Assembly (NCBI GenBank): GCA_964456845.1
Contig: CAYWCV010000002.1
Coordinates: 15,314-79,313, forward strand
DNA: 64,000 nucleotides
Origin: an uncultured Chitinophagales bacterium
Lineage (GTDB): Bacteria; Bacteroidota; Rhodothermia; Balneolales; CAYWCV01
Reading direction: 5' to 3'
The position numbers and the translations under genes were made by a program. The notes beneath the pieces were generated by a model. It ran no database searches, was not told the origin of the DNA, and saw nothing but the letters and a program-made list of their open reading frames with translations. This document shows, piece after piece, positions 63,717 to 64,000 of the stretch; positions within the stretch are counted from its first letter, which is position 1; every line of letters begins with the position of its first letter.

Positions 63717-64000
63717 CAGAAACGTATGCCAACAAAAAAGCTGTGTCCACTTAGCCTGTAGTCAAACTGGTCTCCCCCAATATAATACTCCTGAAAGCTA
63801 TAATCGTAACCGAAACTCAGACCAATGGAGTTTGTGAGGTTGTTGACAATATAACGGGCTTTGCCTTCGAGCAGAAATGTCTGCCCGCCGTCGGCGCCGA
63901 ACGACCGCACGGCATATCCGTAGTTTCCGTTGGCCGAAATGTCCAGCGCCGATTTGCTGCCTGTGCGGATAATCGTTCCGAATCCGGTTCCTACCATCAC
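63716..64000 (-). CDS. Outer-membrane beta-barrel protein, C-terminal fragment (N-terminus lies outside the window)
   Basis: Alternating aromatic/Gly beta pattern with terminal '...SGHSFFVGIRF' (C-terminal Phe, typical OMP signature). Confidence 0.45.
   Translation of the reverse strand: MMVGTGFGTIIRTGSKSALDISANGNYGYAVRSFGADGGQTFLLEGKARYIVNNLTNSIGLSFGYDYSFQEYYIGGDQFDYRLSGHSFFVGIRF

Noticed and set aside
1-64000. Search for tRNA/rRNA/tmRNA/SRP RNA genes, IS elements, integrases and prophage remnants
   Set aside because: The few intergenic regions longer than 100 nt are 4599-4851, 10623-10938, 23241-23481, 25885-26096, 28399-28506, 35968-36106, 52331-52495 and 57379-57631. None shows a tRNA T-loop (GGTTCGAATCC-like) with an acceptor pairing, and none shows other conserved RNA cores. 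No ORF resembles a transposase, recombinase or phage protein.

Overview
Gene-dense, mostly housekeeping chromosomal window. It probably comes from an FCB-superphylum bacterium (Bacteroidota/Balneolota/Rhodothermota-like). That placement is inferred only from content: a T9SS C-terminal sorting domain, a PorV-like barrel, a short GT5-only glycogen synthase next to a DUF4270-like lipoprotein, split HU-CCDC81/SPOR proteins, an extended S16, and a Lys-rich Rho N-terminus. Recognisable genes: argS, dnaN, miaA, purS-clpS-purQ, lptB and rho. There is a glycogen block (glgB, malQ, short glgA-like, and glgP further on) with comA embedded in it. Also lolC/E-like, cca, ispE, an exbB-exbD-tonB operon, ftsK-lolA, comB-gcvT, apbC/mrp, the ffh-rpsP-rimM-trmD-rplS cluster, fabI, ruvC-ruvA, a PhoB/PhoR-like two-component pair and a mannose-1-phosphate guanylyltransferase. 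I found no rRNA, tRNA, CRISPR array, transposase, integrase or phage genes. The only accessory-looking block is 36.1-45.9 kb, a tightly packed minus-strand operon. It starts with a membrane class III nucleotidyl cyclase, continues through three uncharacterised exported or membrane proteins, and ends in a 1757-aa T9SS cargo (7-blade propeller plus 10 Fn3-like repeats). This is my best candidate for an undescribed system. Other points worth a second look: a ~180-bp composite palindrome (28-bp perfect core) filling the gap between an 800-aa composite outer-membrane protein and a membrane-anchored MurF-like ligase; a 23-bp perfect GC-rich hairpin in the ffh/fabI divergent region; and (CTTGCT)n hexamer arrays in three places, two of them inverted around the start codon of the PorV-like gene. 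All functional calls rest on motif recognition by eye; no database search was possible.
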